A stretch of 64,000 bases of DNA from Adineta vaga (GCA_021613535.1 CP075494.1:3100001-3164000), one strand, 5' to 3'; shown: positions 12,581 to 25,876, counted from the first letter of the stretch. Made by a program: numbers and translations. The notes: generated by a model not told the origin, from the letters alone.

Positions 12581-13275
12581 TTACTTTGATATTGCAGTGA
12601 TCAAAGGATAGTTTCCTAAGTTGGTAAGTTGCGAGTTTTGAAACTGGATTAGTTCGTAAGTTACAGATGAACTCAAACACGATGATTGACCGTTATCGGT
12701 TCTTGCGCCAACATTAAAGGAGTAAATCCCCGGCGACAAATAAATGTTTGCTGTCTTCGAAATAGGAATTATCACACCAGGAGTAGTTTGCACGTAGGAA
12801 TACCCATTCTTTCCGTCCACTATTTCATAGGTAGTGCCCAGACCATAGCTAAGCCGAGCGGCAGTATTCGGAACAACTTTGGTACCGAGGATCAGATGAT
12901 CGTTTACGAGAATTTGAACGTAACTGTACATGTTTCCTCTTTCGGCATTGTAAAAGCTGCCTTGAAATGTTGCTCTAAACAGAGTATTTTACGTGACATA
13001 AAAGGCTTGATTCAGACCAGGAATGTACGTGAAATCAGCACTGGGTGTCACAATATGACTTGAGGGTGGTTGATCTTTTGTGTAGAGTTGGTGAAGAGCT
13101 TCACCTGGAATTGATTTTACGACGACCGGAGGGGTGTCGTTCTTGAGATTAAATGTTCCTGTGGCTATAGTAAAAGAATTCAAAGAGCATATGGTTAGAG
13201 TAGAAGTCCAGCTTACTTACCTGCTCTGAAGCTGAAAAGAGTAAAGAACAGCGTTACGAATGTTGCAAAAATCAT
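12581..13275 (-). pseudogene. Secreted beta-rich protein of unknown family with one in-frame TAA
   Basis: Signal exon 13275-13221, intron 13220-13165; ORFs 12989-13183 and 12581-12931 are in the same frame, separated only by TAA at 12989-12991 (YVT*NTLFRATFQG). Confidence 0.7.
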
Positions 13276-13397
13276 TTTTGCTTCGAAACGTAAGAAATTT
13301 GTGCATGTTTTATAAGCTTCGTTTTATCAGCATGCTCTTAAACCAATACTTGACTATTTTCCGCGAAAAAAAGAAATAAAACGATTAAAAGATAAGA

Positions 13398-13445
13398 TTG
13401 AGGGTGTATCGAAATTTACAAGTTTAGTCACCCATACATAGACAC
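13398..13445. repeat. Telomere-like intergenic palindrome
   Basis: TTGAGGGTGT...CACCCATACA. Confidence 0.55.
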
Positions 13446-13824
13446 AAAGATAGAAGCAACAGAATTGCATAACAATATGACATTTCTCAGACTTATGTAA
13501 TAAATTCAGTTGCAATTATTGTGTTGTTTCTTTTCTGTGAACTAACGTTATTTCTTCTGCAATCTACTTACATTGACCATCTCTTTTTTTTTCTTCCAAG
13601 CACGTTTTTTGTCGTTCTGTTCGTATTCGTCCTTGTGAAGATAGTAACAGAACGATTACAACCACATAAAAGAAGCGCACGAGTATAGTTCTATGCATTG
13701 TGCGACATAGTATTTACATCCTTTTTTTCTTGAGCACTTAACCGTATACTGAACGGTAGCTCACGTGTTTGGTATAATTCAAGGGCTATTGCCTTCGAAA
13801 TAAAATTTAAAAAAAACATTCTCA

Positions 13825-15033
13825 ATGACTGAAGAAGTCGATAACATCTCTGCTATCGTGCACTCATTACAAATGAAAGTTCACCAATTAGAAGTTGTCA
13901 ACACAGAATTGGAACATAAATTGTTAAATCAAAATAAACACATTGAACAACTATTCACACCTTTAAACTTCAGAAATCGAATACTGTTATTGCCAACGTG
14001 AACGAAGAAAACGAACAATTATTATCGGAAAAAGAAGATTCGCATCAAATCTCATTTAATCGCAATTCAGTGAATAATAAGAAACAGGAGGACGAGATCA
14101 CGATTAAGAGCTCGATCCACAAGCTCCCGTTAGTTAATATTTTAGGTAAGTGAACTATGTGAATTTCTCACGATAACGAATCCATTCGTTAACTTGTCAT
14201 AATCTAGGTATTATCTTTCCGATTGTATCAGCCGTTGCCTTTGACGTTGATGCCATTCTCTTTGTTGTCCTGCACAATCCTGGCAATGATAAACAGAAGA
14301 ACTTTGCTGGACTCATTTCCACCATTCTCATACTTTTTTACTATCTTCAATATGATGTACGATTTAATCTCACTCATCCTCGTTTCTATATTCTCTATCA
14401 GTTTCTGCTTTGGACTCTGATGTTCACTGGTAATCTTATCTATATTTACTACTATGGAAAACTTTTGTATCGTCCATTTATGATGTCTGTTTTTGTCTTC
14501 TATGCAATTATCGATACAATTTGGATTTTTTTGATCGGATATCTGAAATTTAATGGTTATCGTCAGCATATGTTTATTGTTACACTGGAGAAACTCTTTC
14601 ATTTAATAGCCATGGTAGGAGAACTTTTAATCTCTTCATACCTGTCTTCGGCTCGCACGAGGTGATCACAACAAATTCGATGGCATTCTTTATTCTCTAC
14701 GAATTCTTCTCAGCAAGTTATACAGATATGCTAGATTTAAAATATTCCAAATTGAGTCGTCTCTGTTTCTGGCTTCTTATCATCTTTTCGACGATTGCTG
14801 TTGCATTTGAATACTTTGTCTATGCATTTGATCAGTTAGTTGAAGAGAAAGGTGATGGTATTAATGGTAGTATGAAGAATGAGACATTTTTGGTGCCATC
14901 TGATAGTCATTATATAAACATTGCACAATATTTTGATATTGGAAAAGAAATATGTGAACTACTAGCCACAGTGTCCTGTTATTCATTATTAATTCTACAA
15001 TTTTTTATCAAGAAAGAACGAAAAAGTATATGA
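13825..15033 (+). pseudogene. Coiled-coil N-terminus + multi-pass membrane protein with two frameshifts
   Basis: MTEEVDN...; frame change ~13965; intron 14146-14207; hydrophobic helices continue through ORF 14420-14665, second frame change ~14655 into ORF 14662-15033. Confidence 0.6.
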
Positions 15034-15272
15034 TCATAGCTTGAGTTTGAGATTTTCACGGGTCTTTTTTTATTGTCGCCACAAAATCGTATTCATTAGA
15101 GATGAAAAGCGAATTTATTTGAAATAGAGTTCAAGAACAACAGAAAAATCATCGAATATTGTAAATTTCCAGAATATAAAAAAAATGAAAAACGCTAGCG
15201 AATATATGATGAATTGTATGTAATATTTTGGAACGAATAAAGAAAAATCAAAAGGAAAGAACGAAAGGATGC

Positions 15273-15326
15273 TTGAAGGGGTGTTGGTGGGTGTGGGTTC
15301 AGTTGTTATTATACACACCCACAACC
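15273..15326. repeat. Telomere-like intergenic palindrome
   Basis: TTGAAGGGGTGTTGGTGGGTGTGGGT...ACACACCCACAACC. Confidence 0.7.
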
Positions 15327-15619
15327 ATAGTTTAATTCGAAGAAAGTATTAAATTTTGCACAGACATTTTCAAGTGTCTCAGAATTTTTTGTCAGAACTG
15401 TATACTCCTTTTTTTCGCGCCGAAATGTCACAAAATCAACTCAGAGAAAAAAAGAAAAAAATATTTTGACGACACTACGGCATCTTGTTAAACCAATCTA
15501 TTAGTGAAAAAAAACACAGTAAAGAAAGAAGAGAATGCGTTGGCGGCAAATGATGGCATTGAAAAGCTGTGCAACACTTTCTTTTTATTTTTGTGTTTCA
15601 TCATGACTTTGAAGACCGA

Positions 15620-15947
15620 TCTGTATATATAACGACATAGTGGAACAAACGTTAATATATTAAAGAAACTTAATAACAGTAGCGTGAATTGAGTGAGTTA
15701 TTGCTGCTACTCATCTTCATTGCAGAGAAGTGTGAGTAGCTGTTTTCGAACAGCTGTTAGCGCAACCCATGCGGGATTAAAATGTGAAACACGATGAGAC
15801 TACTTATATTGCATAACATGCGTTTGTATGGTTTCCCCAATTAAGTATCTAGAGCAGCCTAGAGTCCTTCCAATGTCACGATTTATCTTAGGACAATAAG
15901 GACCAACGTAGCTAGTCATGGCTTCAACGGGCCATGTAATATACTAG
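15620..15947 (+). mobile_element. Non-autonomous Helitron (~330 bp)
   Basis: A|TCTGTATATATAA 5' end; 3' hairpin CATGGC-ttcaacgg-GCCATG (15917-15936) followed 7 nt later by CTAG|T; inserted between A and T with no TSD. Confidence 0.65.
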
Positions 15948-15979
15948 TCACAGTCTCTCTTTGCTATTTAAATAACTAG

Positions 15980-16050
15980 TTAGAGTGTGGGATGAGTGGT
16001 CAATATATCTTCTATTAACAACCACACACACCACTCACCCACATCCTCAA
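15980..16050. repeat. Telomere-like intergenic palindrome
   Basis: AGAGTGTGGGATGAGTGGT...ACCACTCACCCACATCCTCAA. Confidence 0.75.
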
Positions 16051-16129
16051 GATCTTGTGATGCAAAATCATGATTTGATCTTAAGAAAATAAAAAATAAA
16101 TAATTCTTTAGGATTTATTACAGAGTGAA

Positions 16130-17850
16130 ATGAGCAGTTCAAATCAACGCACTGATAGTTGCTTGGAACCAACAAATACTCCGACCAAGGTTAATGACAT
16201 ATTTAATCGATCGATATCTCCTGAAATCAATGCAAACACGATTTCTGCGTCGCCATCCAAGGTTTGTTTAAAGAATAAATCCACCATAACAATGTGTTAT
16301 GTAGTTAATATTTTCCTTTTTAGGAAACGAATAGTCTCTCAAAATATAATACAAACGAAATGACAAAGAAAAAATGTAAAAATCATGATAATGATCATTC
16401 ATCGTCGAGTGAATCAGAACTAGGAACAATTGAAAGAATTCGGTAAGTAGGAATTCACAGATTGAATTAATAATTATTTACAGAAACCTATCGATTGTTA
16501 ATCTTCTCTTATTTATTTTATATAGTCAAAAACAACGAGATAAAAAAAGCAAAATCCGGCGATTAGCTTGTCCATTACTGAGTTGTTTACTGTGTCTTAG
16601 TCTGTTAGCAGCTGCAATTACTACAGCTCTTCTTTTGACTTTATGTAAGTATTTATCAAGAAGAATAATTAACAACTCAAAACTTTCTATTGATCTAAAT
16701 CATGCTATTTTCTTTATTATTTCATACATATTTTTGATATACACACTGGAACTCTATTTATCTCTGTACAAATAGATTCTAAAGATTAATTGACTTTCTT
16801 TAGTGCATAAATCGACTACATCGACAAGTTCAACAACAGTCACGTCTACAAGTGAGTATGATAGAGACAATAATTGCATTGAGATTTTCCTGGTTGAGTG
16901 AATTATTTTTCTTCTACGTTCTAAAGAAAATTATTCTTTAATGCATGTTGTTTTAATAATGTTAGCTGCAACGTCAACAACTTCCATCACGAATACAACG
17001 CCAACTACTTCTACAACTTCGACCACGGATACAACATCACCATCGACATCGACATCATCAACAACAAGCACACAAAGTACTACAAGTACGTATACATGTA
17101 GTTTCTTATCTTTCTCTTCATTGGTAATTATTCCATCTATTATATCAGAAAATCTAAGAAAAACATAAATGAGACTTTATTTTTTTTCTAAAATAAATTA
17201 TCTTGCAGAAGATATTTGTATAGCATCCGATAAATTCCTTTTTCTTATTCCTCATTATTCTATTATCACAAACATCATCTTGTTTTTTTCTGGTCTTTTT
17301 GTTGTAAACTATAAGTTTGAATTTGTTCAAAACAATCCCCTTGAAGAACCTTTCCTATATATTTTTAGCAATTACATGCAACTTAACTAACGTTGGTCCA
17401 TTAAAAGCATTTGATTTAACAGCACCAACAAATTAGACTACGTATTCCGTCACATTTACTGCTACATCAACTAGCACAAGTATTAGATTTAGCTCAGCAA
17501 CAAATCAAGTTAACAAAGACTGGTATGTTGACAATGTTTCTGTACTAGAGAATGGTGGCACAGGAACTAATTTATTACTCAATGGGAATTTTGAAAGTGG
17601 TTCATCAGTTGGATGGAACCTGTATTCATGTTCTAGTGCGTGCTCTGCTTCAATAATATCATCGACAAGTTGTGAGGGTGGTAGTGGTACATGCTATCAC
17701 AATGACTGTACACCATCAAGTAATATACAGTTTCTTGAACAATACTTTACTACAACCATTGGCGTAACATATAATGTTACATTTTCAGTACTTAAAGGTG
17801 GATCAGGATTAGGTTCAGGCACTGCTATGTATGTGAATGCTGTTTCATAA
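16130..17850 (+). pseudogene. Type II membrane protein with Thr/Ser-rich stalk and galactose-binding-like (CBM4_9/DUF642-like) domain; in-frame TAG
   Basis: Multi-exon; TM LACPLLSCLLCLSLLAAAITTALLLTL; Thr-rich exons; last exon N*TTYSVTFTATS...WYVDNVSV...NLLLNGNFESG..GW; TAG at 17434-17436 where Trp is expected. Confidence 0.7.
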
Positions 17851-18177
17851 TTTTTTTGCTTTTTTTGTATCATATTTCTCAATAAATTCTTAAAATATTT
17901 CAAAGATAAGAACAATAGTGTTAGTAATGTCAAACTCGAAATTTGAATTCAACGATCAGATCTAATACAAGTGTTCGAAATATTTCTGTGCGTGAATCAT
18001 AATCATATGTAACAAGAGTAATATATATCTATTCAGGCGTTATGGAAACTCCTGCCATCCATCATTCCCATCTTTAAGGAGTGGTGGTAAATGCTACTCA
18101 CGATCTCCTTACATCACTTTCTGTGAGTAGTTCGATATTCGAATATTTAATTTCAACTTTCGAATACTTTTATATAC

Positions 18178-18368
18178 GAGTACCCTTGGATTATCAATGC
18201 CTATCATACAGGAGTACCTTTAGATCATGAAGGGCTTATTGTACAAAGGTACTTTAGGCCCTCGAGTGCTAGTCAAGCGAGGTATTCTTAGGTCCTCATG
18301 TACTGTTATATAAGAATACCCTTAGGTCTTCAAGGAGTAGCTTATGCGGGTGCCCCTAGATACTCAAA
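18178..18368 (+). repeat. Degenerate minisatellite, ~34-bp unit x ~6
   Basis: Units start at ~18178, 18212, 18247, 18280, 18314 and 18348; consensus approximately GAGTACCCTTAGGTCCTCAAGTGCTATTATACAA. Confidence 0.7.
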
Positions 18369-18373
18369 TTTTA

Positions 18374-18430
18374 TTGAGGGTGTGGGTGTGGGTGTGAGTG
18401 TGTAGGGGATTAGGTTTAGAGTGAGGATAG
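18374..18430 (+). repeat. Best-preserved G-rich arm of the palindrome family
   Basis: TTGAGGGTGTGGGTGTGGGTGTGAGTGTG; no clear right arm nearby. Confidence 0.75.
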
Positions 18431-19160
18431 ATGATAAATGGCTAAAGGCACTAAAGGGAGTAATGGCACTCAAGGGACTAAAGAAAGTTCTATGCTGTCC
18501 AGAAAGGTAAAACAGGATAAATTAAATTTTTCACGGACCTCTCTCTTGCTGCGCATTATAGACCTAGGTGGTTTATTTCAAGAGCGAATATCCAGAGCAC
18601 ATTCATAAAATCCAAGTCTAACATTCATGACCATCCGTTCATTGTTCCGTAGTTACAGTGCTTCGTCAATAGGTGTATATATTTGTGTGAATTCTTCGTC
18701 ATCAACTGTATTTAAAGCATCAAACTGTTGACGATGGAGCAAAGCGAAAGGCGTATCTTTTTTCTCGGAATTTTTTCAATAAACTATACTGGAAGAAAAA
18801 AAAGAATCCTTTTTTTCTTATACTTCTTCGTAAAGTAAGCAACAGAACAAACAACAGGTTGCGAAAACATCTATTACTCATTTTAACCCGTTTAAGAGAA
18901 TAACAATGCATCTGGAAAATTTTCCCGAAAAACATGAATGTTCAAAATACTTAATGATAGACAAAAATAAATCTAAAAGAAAGTTTTGTAAAACGAAATC
19001 GTTACTGTTTTGTTTATGAATATGGAACGAAATCAGTGAGGAGCATCACATCCTTATTTGTCCATATTTTGTATTCTATCCTTATAATCCATTGCCCTTT
19101 CCTCTTTTCGAAGGGTATGTAATTGATTATTTTGTGTGAGAACGACGCGTTAGTGATGTA

Positions 19161-19215
19161 AAGCGTGTGGGTGGTAGAACAGATTACAGCCGCACCCGCA
19201 CCCACCCACTCTCAA
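19161..19215. repeat. Telomere-like intergenic palindrome
   Basis: GCGTGTGGGTGG...CCGCACCCGCACCCACCCACTCTCAA. Confidence 0.7.
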
Positions 19216-19319
19216 AATTAATAATGTAAATTGGAAAGAAATATAATCAATTTTTTTTAGAAAATCACAAGATACTTCAAAATCTGTTAAAATAATCAAA
19301 GAATCGAATTAGCAAATGT

Positions 19320-21434
19320 TTATTCTTCTGGTTCTCGTGGATATTTCTTAACATTTTCTTCATAATGTTCTTCACTTTCGATGCGAAACATCAGAGGTCG
19401 AGTAATCGGTTCCAATGCATCACCATTTTCTTTGATTTCACGTAATCGTTGAGCAGTAGCCGGATGTGATGCATTGACCGAATAAATTTTGATGCGATGT
19501 GCCGAGCTTGTAACATGCAAATCCCAATTCCAAACACTGCGAACATAGGTAGGCTGTGTATTGCATGCATTATCAAAGGCTCGGACACACAATTCGAGCC
19601 AGCCTTCAGCATGTAATGGGAGACTAATTTTCCACAATCGCCAAGCATGATAATGTCTAGAAAAGAGAAAAAGTGATCGATATATAGACCAGTTTTTCTC
19701 AATAAAATCTCATTTGATAACAGCATTGTCTACTCACTTTTCCGTCATATCATCTGGACTACATTGAAGCCTAGGAAAAGAAAGAATATTTCTTTTCTCA
19801 AAAATAAAAAATAAAAAACATATCCTACCAAGTATGTCCGCCATTGGCCGATACATCAACTCGTTCGATCCATCTACCTCCACCTGAATAAGCCCATCCA
19901 GTTATATCAATCTTGCCCTCATGCACTATCACTTGTTTGTCATTTGGGCTCATTATGGCTGAGGCCACCGGCATTTCTTGAATGGAAAATCCATTAGAAA
20001 AAAGAACGTTCTGTTTTCCAATCTGTGGTCCATAATAAAGATATTCTTGTCGTTGCACGGGACCATACGATGGCTCACTAAGAGCATTTATTCGTAGAAC
20101 CCATTTGCATGATCTTGCACCGATAAAGCCTGTAACTACCACTCGAAGCGGAGCTCCATGTATAGCTGGCAATGGTTCACCATTCATCTCCCAGGCAAGT
20201 AATACTTCATTGACGGCTTCTACTTTTCGACGTGGTACACTAACTGCATAATTAAATACGTTCAATTTCTTGAAATATGTATCTGCTCCGATAAATTCGA
20301 CATGTTTAACGTCATCTTTCATTCCACCACAATATTTAAGTACTTTCTTGAGGGAGACTCCACGGTATCGAGCCGTGCTAATAGCACCTTCTCCCCATGG
20401 AGCATTGATCAATTCATCTCCGTCACCAGGATATTCATGAATTTGTTCAATACGACGTGTTCCAGAACACTAGTTGATAAAAATAAAGTTTTAAGAAATT
20501 CGTATAGATCTTCTAATTCCTCTCGTTCATTTTGAAATTATCGGAAATGAACGTGCAAAGTCGAAATCTATTGAAAATCAAGTTATATACCTGAAGAGTA
20601 ACAGTGAGTTCTACTGGTTCGAATTTATTTGGATCTTGAAGATCAGCCAATGATAAAGTCTGTGGTTTGTTCACCAGTCCTCCAATTGTTAATTTGTATG
20701 CTGCTTTGTCAATAGTAGGAATACCACCATGATTGCGTACAAAATGATACTAATATAGTATTGAATTTGAAGAGACACTAAAATCTAAAATGACAAACAT
20801 ACTTCATTTGGAGTCATTTTATGTTGCATGAGTTTATCACGAGGTGGTTCTCCATTGTATGGAAAATCGAGTACATGAATCATATCCGGTGCCTTCTCTT
20901 TTTGTACAATTGCCCATGATTCAGATGGTATTTCTTTAAGTGTAGGACCAAGTACAGCATGATACCTTTCAATTTACAAACAAATTATTTATTTGTTGTA
21001 CTGAACATATGTCAAGTAATACTATATTTCGTTATTTCTATACTCACTCTTTCCAACGGTGACCAATAAGAATTGGATTCGTATTTGGTAGAGGTTGGAA
21101 CTAAACAATCGTATTTGTAGAGTTATTAATCAACCTTCATCCTATTACTTGAAACTCCGGAATAGGAGTAAATTTTTCCTTGTACTTGGTCAAAATTTCA
21201 CTTGCTTTCTTTCGTCGTTCAGCATATTGTTCCCATTCAATGTATCTATTCAAAATGAAGAAAAAAAGAGAATACAATTACGAAGTATTGTGATGTTTAT
21301 GTAGGCACCCACCCATGCCAACCAGCAAGTTCTTCTGGAAAGATCGTTGCCAAATCAGGATTATCATTCGTTAAATTCGGTTTGGCGCTTTTGTTTGTGA
21401 TCTGTTCGCCAGGGACAGAAATTTTAGTAGCCAT
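19320..21434 (-). CDS. Sulfite oxidase-family molybdoenzyme (Oxidored_molyb + Mo-co dimerisation), no cytochrome b5 domain, fungal-like, multi-intron
   Basis: Spliced motifs FPYNGEPP, FVRNHGGIP, LQCSGTRR (Mo-ligand Cys), HGAPLRVVVTGFIGARSCKW, GWAYSGGGRWIERVDVS, RAFDNACNTQP; N-terminal GWHGYIEWEQY. Confidence 0.9.
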
Positions 21435-23025
21435 ATTTAAATAATTTTATCTTGAAAATGAGTACCGAGAACAAATTATATATATACGCAAAACCAGCGT
21501 TCTTTTTTTCTTGTACCTTTTTACATTTATTTAAGAAGGACGTGTGCGATAAGAATACAATAGAAAAAAAAAGGATAGATATGATATTTTACATGTAAAT
21601 AAATACGACACAAAAATGAAGGTGAAAGTACGAGCACTTGCTGAATTGAATACACCTATAAATTCTTGGGAAGCGAGAATAAATGAAAGATTTGATGGAA
21701 GTCTTTGAATCTGCCTAGCTTTAGAAAGAGTTTATTATTCATTGCACTTTCAGAAGTCCTTTTAAGGATTCTGTATTATGCGCTTTTCTTATTACAGTGA
21801 TTGAGGAACAAACAGTTATAATTACACTTACACCCATGAAGATTAAATCAATTCAAAAATGAATATTGCACCTAAGAAGAACAACTGCTTTCTGTTTTGA
21901 TTTGTCACATTAATAAAACATTTTCGTTTGCAGACATTCTTCTTATGAATAGTAACTAAAGTATTTTTATTCTTTTAACTTCTCTCTCGCTCTATCCAAT
22001 GATTTTACAGATTTATCATATGATCATGGTCAAAATAGCTTACACTTGCCATTTCTTATAACAACAACGTTAGCATATTTTCGTGTTCTGGCTACTAATC
22101 GTATCTTTTTTTCGTTGAGTTCGTTAACATTAAATATTTCTTCTTCTTTTCTCGTTAATTTGCGTAGTTAGATATCTATGCCTAATACTACTGGAAATGA
22201 ATTTATGTAAATAAATTGCGATTATGACTAAAGTTTCGATGTTGATGCATGCTGTACTGCAAGACTTGATTTACTTGATCCATTACTAGTAGCAGCTTCA
22301 GTTTTAATCACTTCAGATATATAAAAACATCTGAAAGAAGAATAGAGAGGATTGATAAATCCGTTACCTTTCGTTGATTTGAATTTCTATACATTATTGT
22401 GACAATTTCTCATAGTAGTATGAAGTATTACTGTAGATTGGGACTATACTATATTTTATTTTTTTCAGAGTATATTTCACATTCTTTGAGTAGAACAACA
22501 ACAAAAAACAGAACAGCTCAATCATAATCGATATAACGTCAATTACTGATAATGATACACGACATATTTCATAAGTTTCGAATCTATGAATATCAATTGT
22601 AATGACGCCACTATGTAGAATTATTTCGTAGTTTTTTTCTTAAACTTTCTTTGTTTAAATAGAATTCTTTTCAATTAATACAATTCAATATATAGATCAA
22701 GTAAGAGATAGGAAGATAATCAAATCATTTTATTTGACATTGCAATAGTTTCAAGAGATAAAAGTTATCAAAAAGGATAAGAACATCAATGAAGTTTGCT
22801 TAACGATGCTAAAACCGAAAGATTTATTTTTATTTTATTAGAAAATGAATCATTATTACGAATTATGGAACAAGTAAAAGGGGAAAAGATCAACAACGTG
22901 TATATTTAGATTTTGAGAGAACTATATTTATTTCATATAGAATTAATAATTATGATTTGATTCAATATTACACACTATGACATAAAATTTATTGATAAAG
23001 TTCATAGATCAGCAATATTTTCTTT

Positions 23026-24588
23026 TTAATAATGCAGAAATTTTTGAATTCGATTGTTATAAGAGTCTGCTACATACAAATTGAGTTGTGAGTCAAGTGC
23101 TAATGAATATGGAATCTGTAAATTCATAGCACCATTTCCAGCGTCAGATGTAATACCAGCGATGGTGGTGCCATTTGATTCACCAGCTTTGAAAAATTGA
23201 ATTCGATGATTGTTAGTATCGACTACATAAACATTACCCATCGAATCTAGTGTTACATCACGAGGAAAATTCAAGAGCATTGATGAGTAGCCACCCATAC
23301 CGCTAATACTGCCTACAACTAAAACCCAAAAATTACTACCCAATACCCAACGAATAATATTATTAGCGCCATAATTGGCAATAATGAGACTATTCGATGA
23401 TGAATCAAAATAGATTCCATACGGTGTATATAATTGTGTATTACTTGTTCCGTGTCCGTTACCACCAGCTACTACTGTACCATTCATTATGCCAAAAACA
23501 TAACACATGACTCGATGATTATCAGAATCAGTTATGTAAAGCTTATTTGAGATTGGATCACGTGCAATATCGTACGGAGAATTAAACTGATTAGTTGATG
23601 ATCCACTTGTACCTATAAAAATACTTATAAATAAATTATTTTAACAATTTCACTTTGTTTTTCTTACCAGTACCGGCAATGATCGTACCCGATGTGGCAT
23701 TGTTTAACCAAAACTGAATTCGATGATTGCCCGTATCTGCTATATATAAATTGTTATCAGAGTCAAGGAGCACGGTAAGGTGAAGATAAAGTTGTTGACG
23801 TTGTACCCAAAACTCCATTCGCTGCTCCAGCTACTGTTGTTCCATTTCGAGCATCTTTCATCCAACGCTGAATTCGATTATTATTTTGATCGGCAATATA
23901 CAATGTATCGGCTGTATCAAATGTTATACCAGTAGGTATATATAACCGATCAGGAGCTGTACCGTGAGCTCCAGATATTCCAGCTACTGTGATTCCAGTT
24001 GCGTTCCAACGCCATGTGAAGATAAGATCTATTAAATTAAAAGGAATAGATATCTTCTATTATACTATAAATTTCTATATACGCGTAATATGATCAAATA
24101 AAGATAAAGATTATATATAAATAATATATTGTATTAATCTTACTCGGTACACATTGTGTTCCATTATAAAATTGTCCTATTGGACATGCCCATTGACTAT
24201 TATTTGTACATAATAGATATCGATGGATATCTTGTGATGGAACACATGATTGGTTGTACAAAGAATAGAGATCAGATATTTGCTTAATGTAACCGACACG
24301 ATATGTCAATATCGATGATGAAACTAATCTATTTTCATTAGTCCAAACGGCAAAGAGACGACATATTTGTAGAAAATCATCGTATTCAAACGTTTGACAT
24401 TTTATCTCCGTAGAACAGATCGCGGTACATCGAATTATTGATTTAATATTGAATTGAACTGAAATAAGATTAATGGAATCAGATGATTGAAGTTCTAAGC
24501 CATAAGAAGATATTGTGAAATGAACGATATATTGTTGTCCTTTGGTCGAGGGTAAGATGAGAAACAAAGCCATCATGAATAGAAACAT
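23026..24588 (-). pseudogene. Secreted PAN/apple + NHL-repeat beta-propeller protein with one frameshift
   Basis: Signal peptide, CTAICSTEIKCQTFEYD..CRLF (PAN), repeated LYIADxxNHRIQ motifs; frame shifts at ~23776 (SSPY / TVLLDSD). Confidence 0.75.
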
Positions 24589-25668
24589 TTTTTCTTCTTC
24601 AATATATTCAAATGACTCGATTCTTGTTTTATTAAGACTTTTTGCATACAATGATAAATTCGATACTTTTATATAACTTCAAGTAAAGTTTTTTTCTTCT
24701 CTCGCAAAAAAACATAATAGAAAGAATAATTGACATTAATGGCAAGAAAATAATATCTCGATTGTTTAAATTTTTATCATATTCAATGTGAATAACACTT
24801 CTAATATGCCATATCATGAATGTAAGTAAGAATTATAAGTACCCATTATAAATTTTGAGTAAAAGAATAGGATGATTATTATGAGCTCTTCCGATGACAG
24901 AACGCATTTTGAAGATTTTAATGCATAATAAATTCAAATTTGATCTATTTTCTTTTTAGGAAAACGTCCATGTAGGGTCAATAAATGTTCTTGTTAGTTG
25001 CTTTTATTTTCAAGTATTTTTTTCATTTATGTCAATTTCAAGAAAAAAATATAGAATTTTTTAAACTAAAACATTAAAGTACATTAGTTTATTTTTTATT
25101 TTCAACTATAAGATAATTGTGTAAAAAGTGCATCCCATCATTCATTCTGGAAGAGATACCCACACTACTAATGTTCGATCGAATGATCCCAGAACCACAT
25201 ACAAATAATAAATTTGTGATGCTAACAGCAGTGAAACAGATTGCACAGAACTTAAAATCGTATATTACCGATGATCATCATCGATAAGAAATGAAGCGAT
25301 GCGTTTGCAATAACAGTCTATAATATAATCGCTTTTTTGTCACTTATATTATGAATATCCTTTCAATTAGAAGACCTCGTGTCGTGTAGACTCAAAGAAA
25401 ATGCGTTTTATTTTGAATAATTCAACGTAAAAAGTTCCTAAGTAGCAGTAATTAATCTTACTTTATATCATTCTTTCAATTTGATTTTGAATAGATAATA
25501 AAATAGGTCGTATAAAGTTCTATTTTATATAACGTTTTGAATGAGACAGAACAGAATTAGTAACTCTTTGTTTGTAATAAACAAAGAACATTTTACCTCG
25601 TTTAAAAACAAGTACTGGAATAAAGTAAAGGGAATAATAGAAAATATATAAAAACAAATGGCTACAAA

Positions 25669-25735
25669 TTGAGGGTGTGGGTAGATGGACGAGAATGGGT
25701 CAGAGAAATAGCAACACTCATTCCCATCCCCTCAA
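25669..25735. repeat. Telomere-like intergenic palindrome
   Basis: TTGAGGGTGTGGGT...CCCATCCCCTCAA. Confidence 0.8.
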
Positions 25736-25760
25736 GATTTTTGTCATATTAGATATACGA

Positions 25761-25876
25761 AATAATAGCAAGGAGAGAAGGTGGATCCTCGGATTAACTG
25801 GATTCTTTTGAATTCTTTCGAATCCTAGAGTCCAAAAGAATCTATGAGGATCCGCTTTTCGTCTTGACTAATAATT
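25761..25876. mobile_element. ~115-bp hairpin (MITE-like)
   Basis: Nested inverted arms: GGATCCTC...GAGGATCC and GATTCTTTTG...CAAAAGAATC, plus outer AATAATAGCAAG...CTTGACTAATAATT. Confidence 0.6.

Noticed and set aside
18178-18368. CRISPR-like array
   Set aside because: Units are ~34 bp in total, degenerate throughout, without unique 30-40 bp spacers; no cas genes; eukaryotic context.
22228-22440. Possible two-exon coding fragment on the minus strand
   Set aside because: Short, contains a stop and has no recognisable motif.
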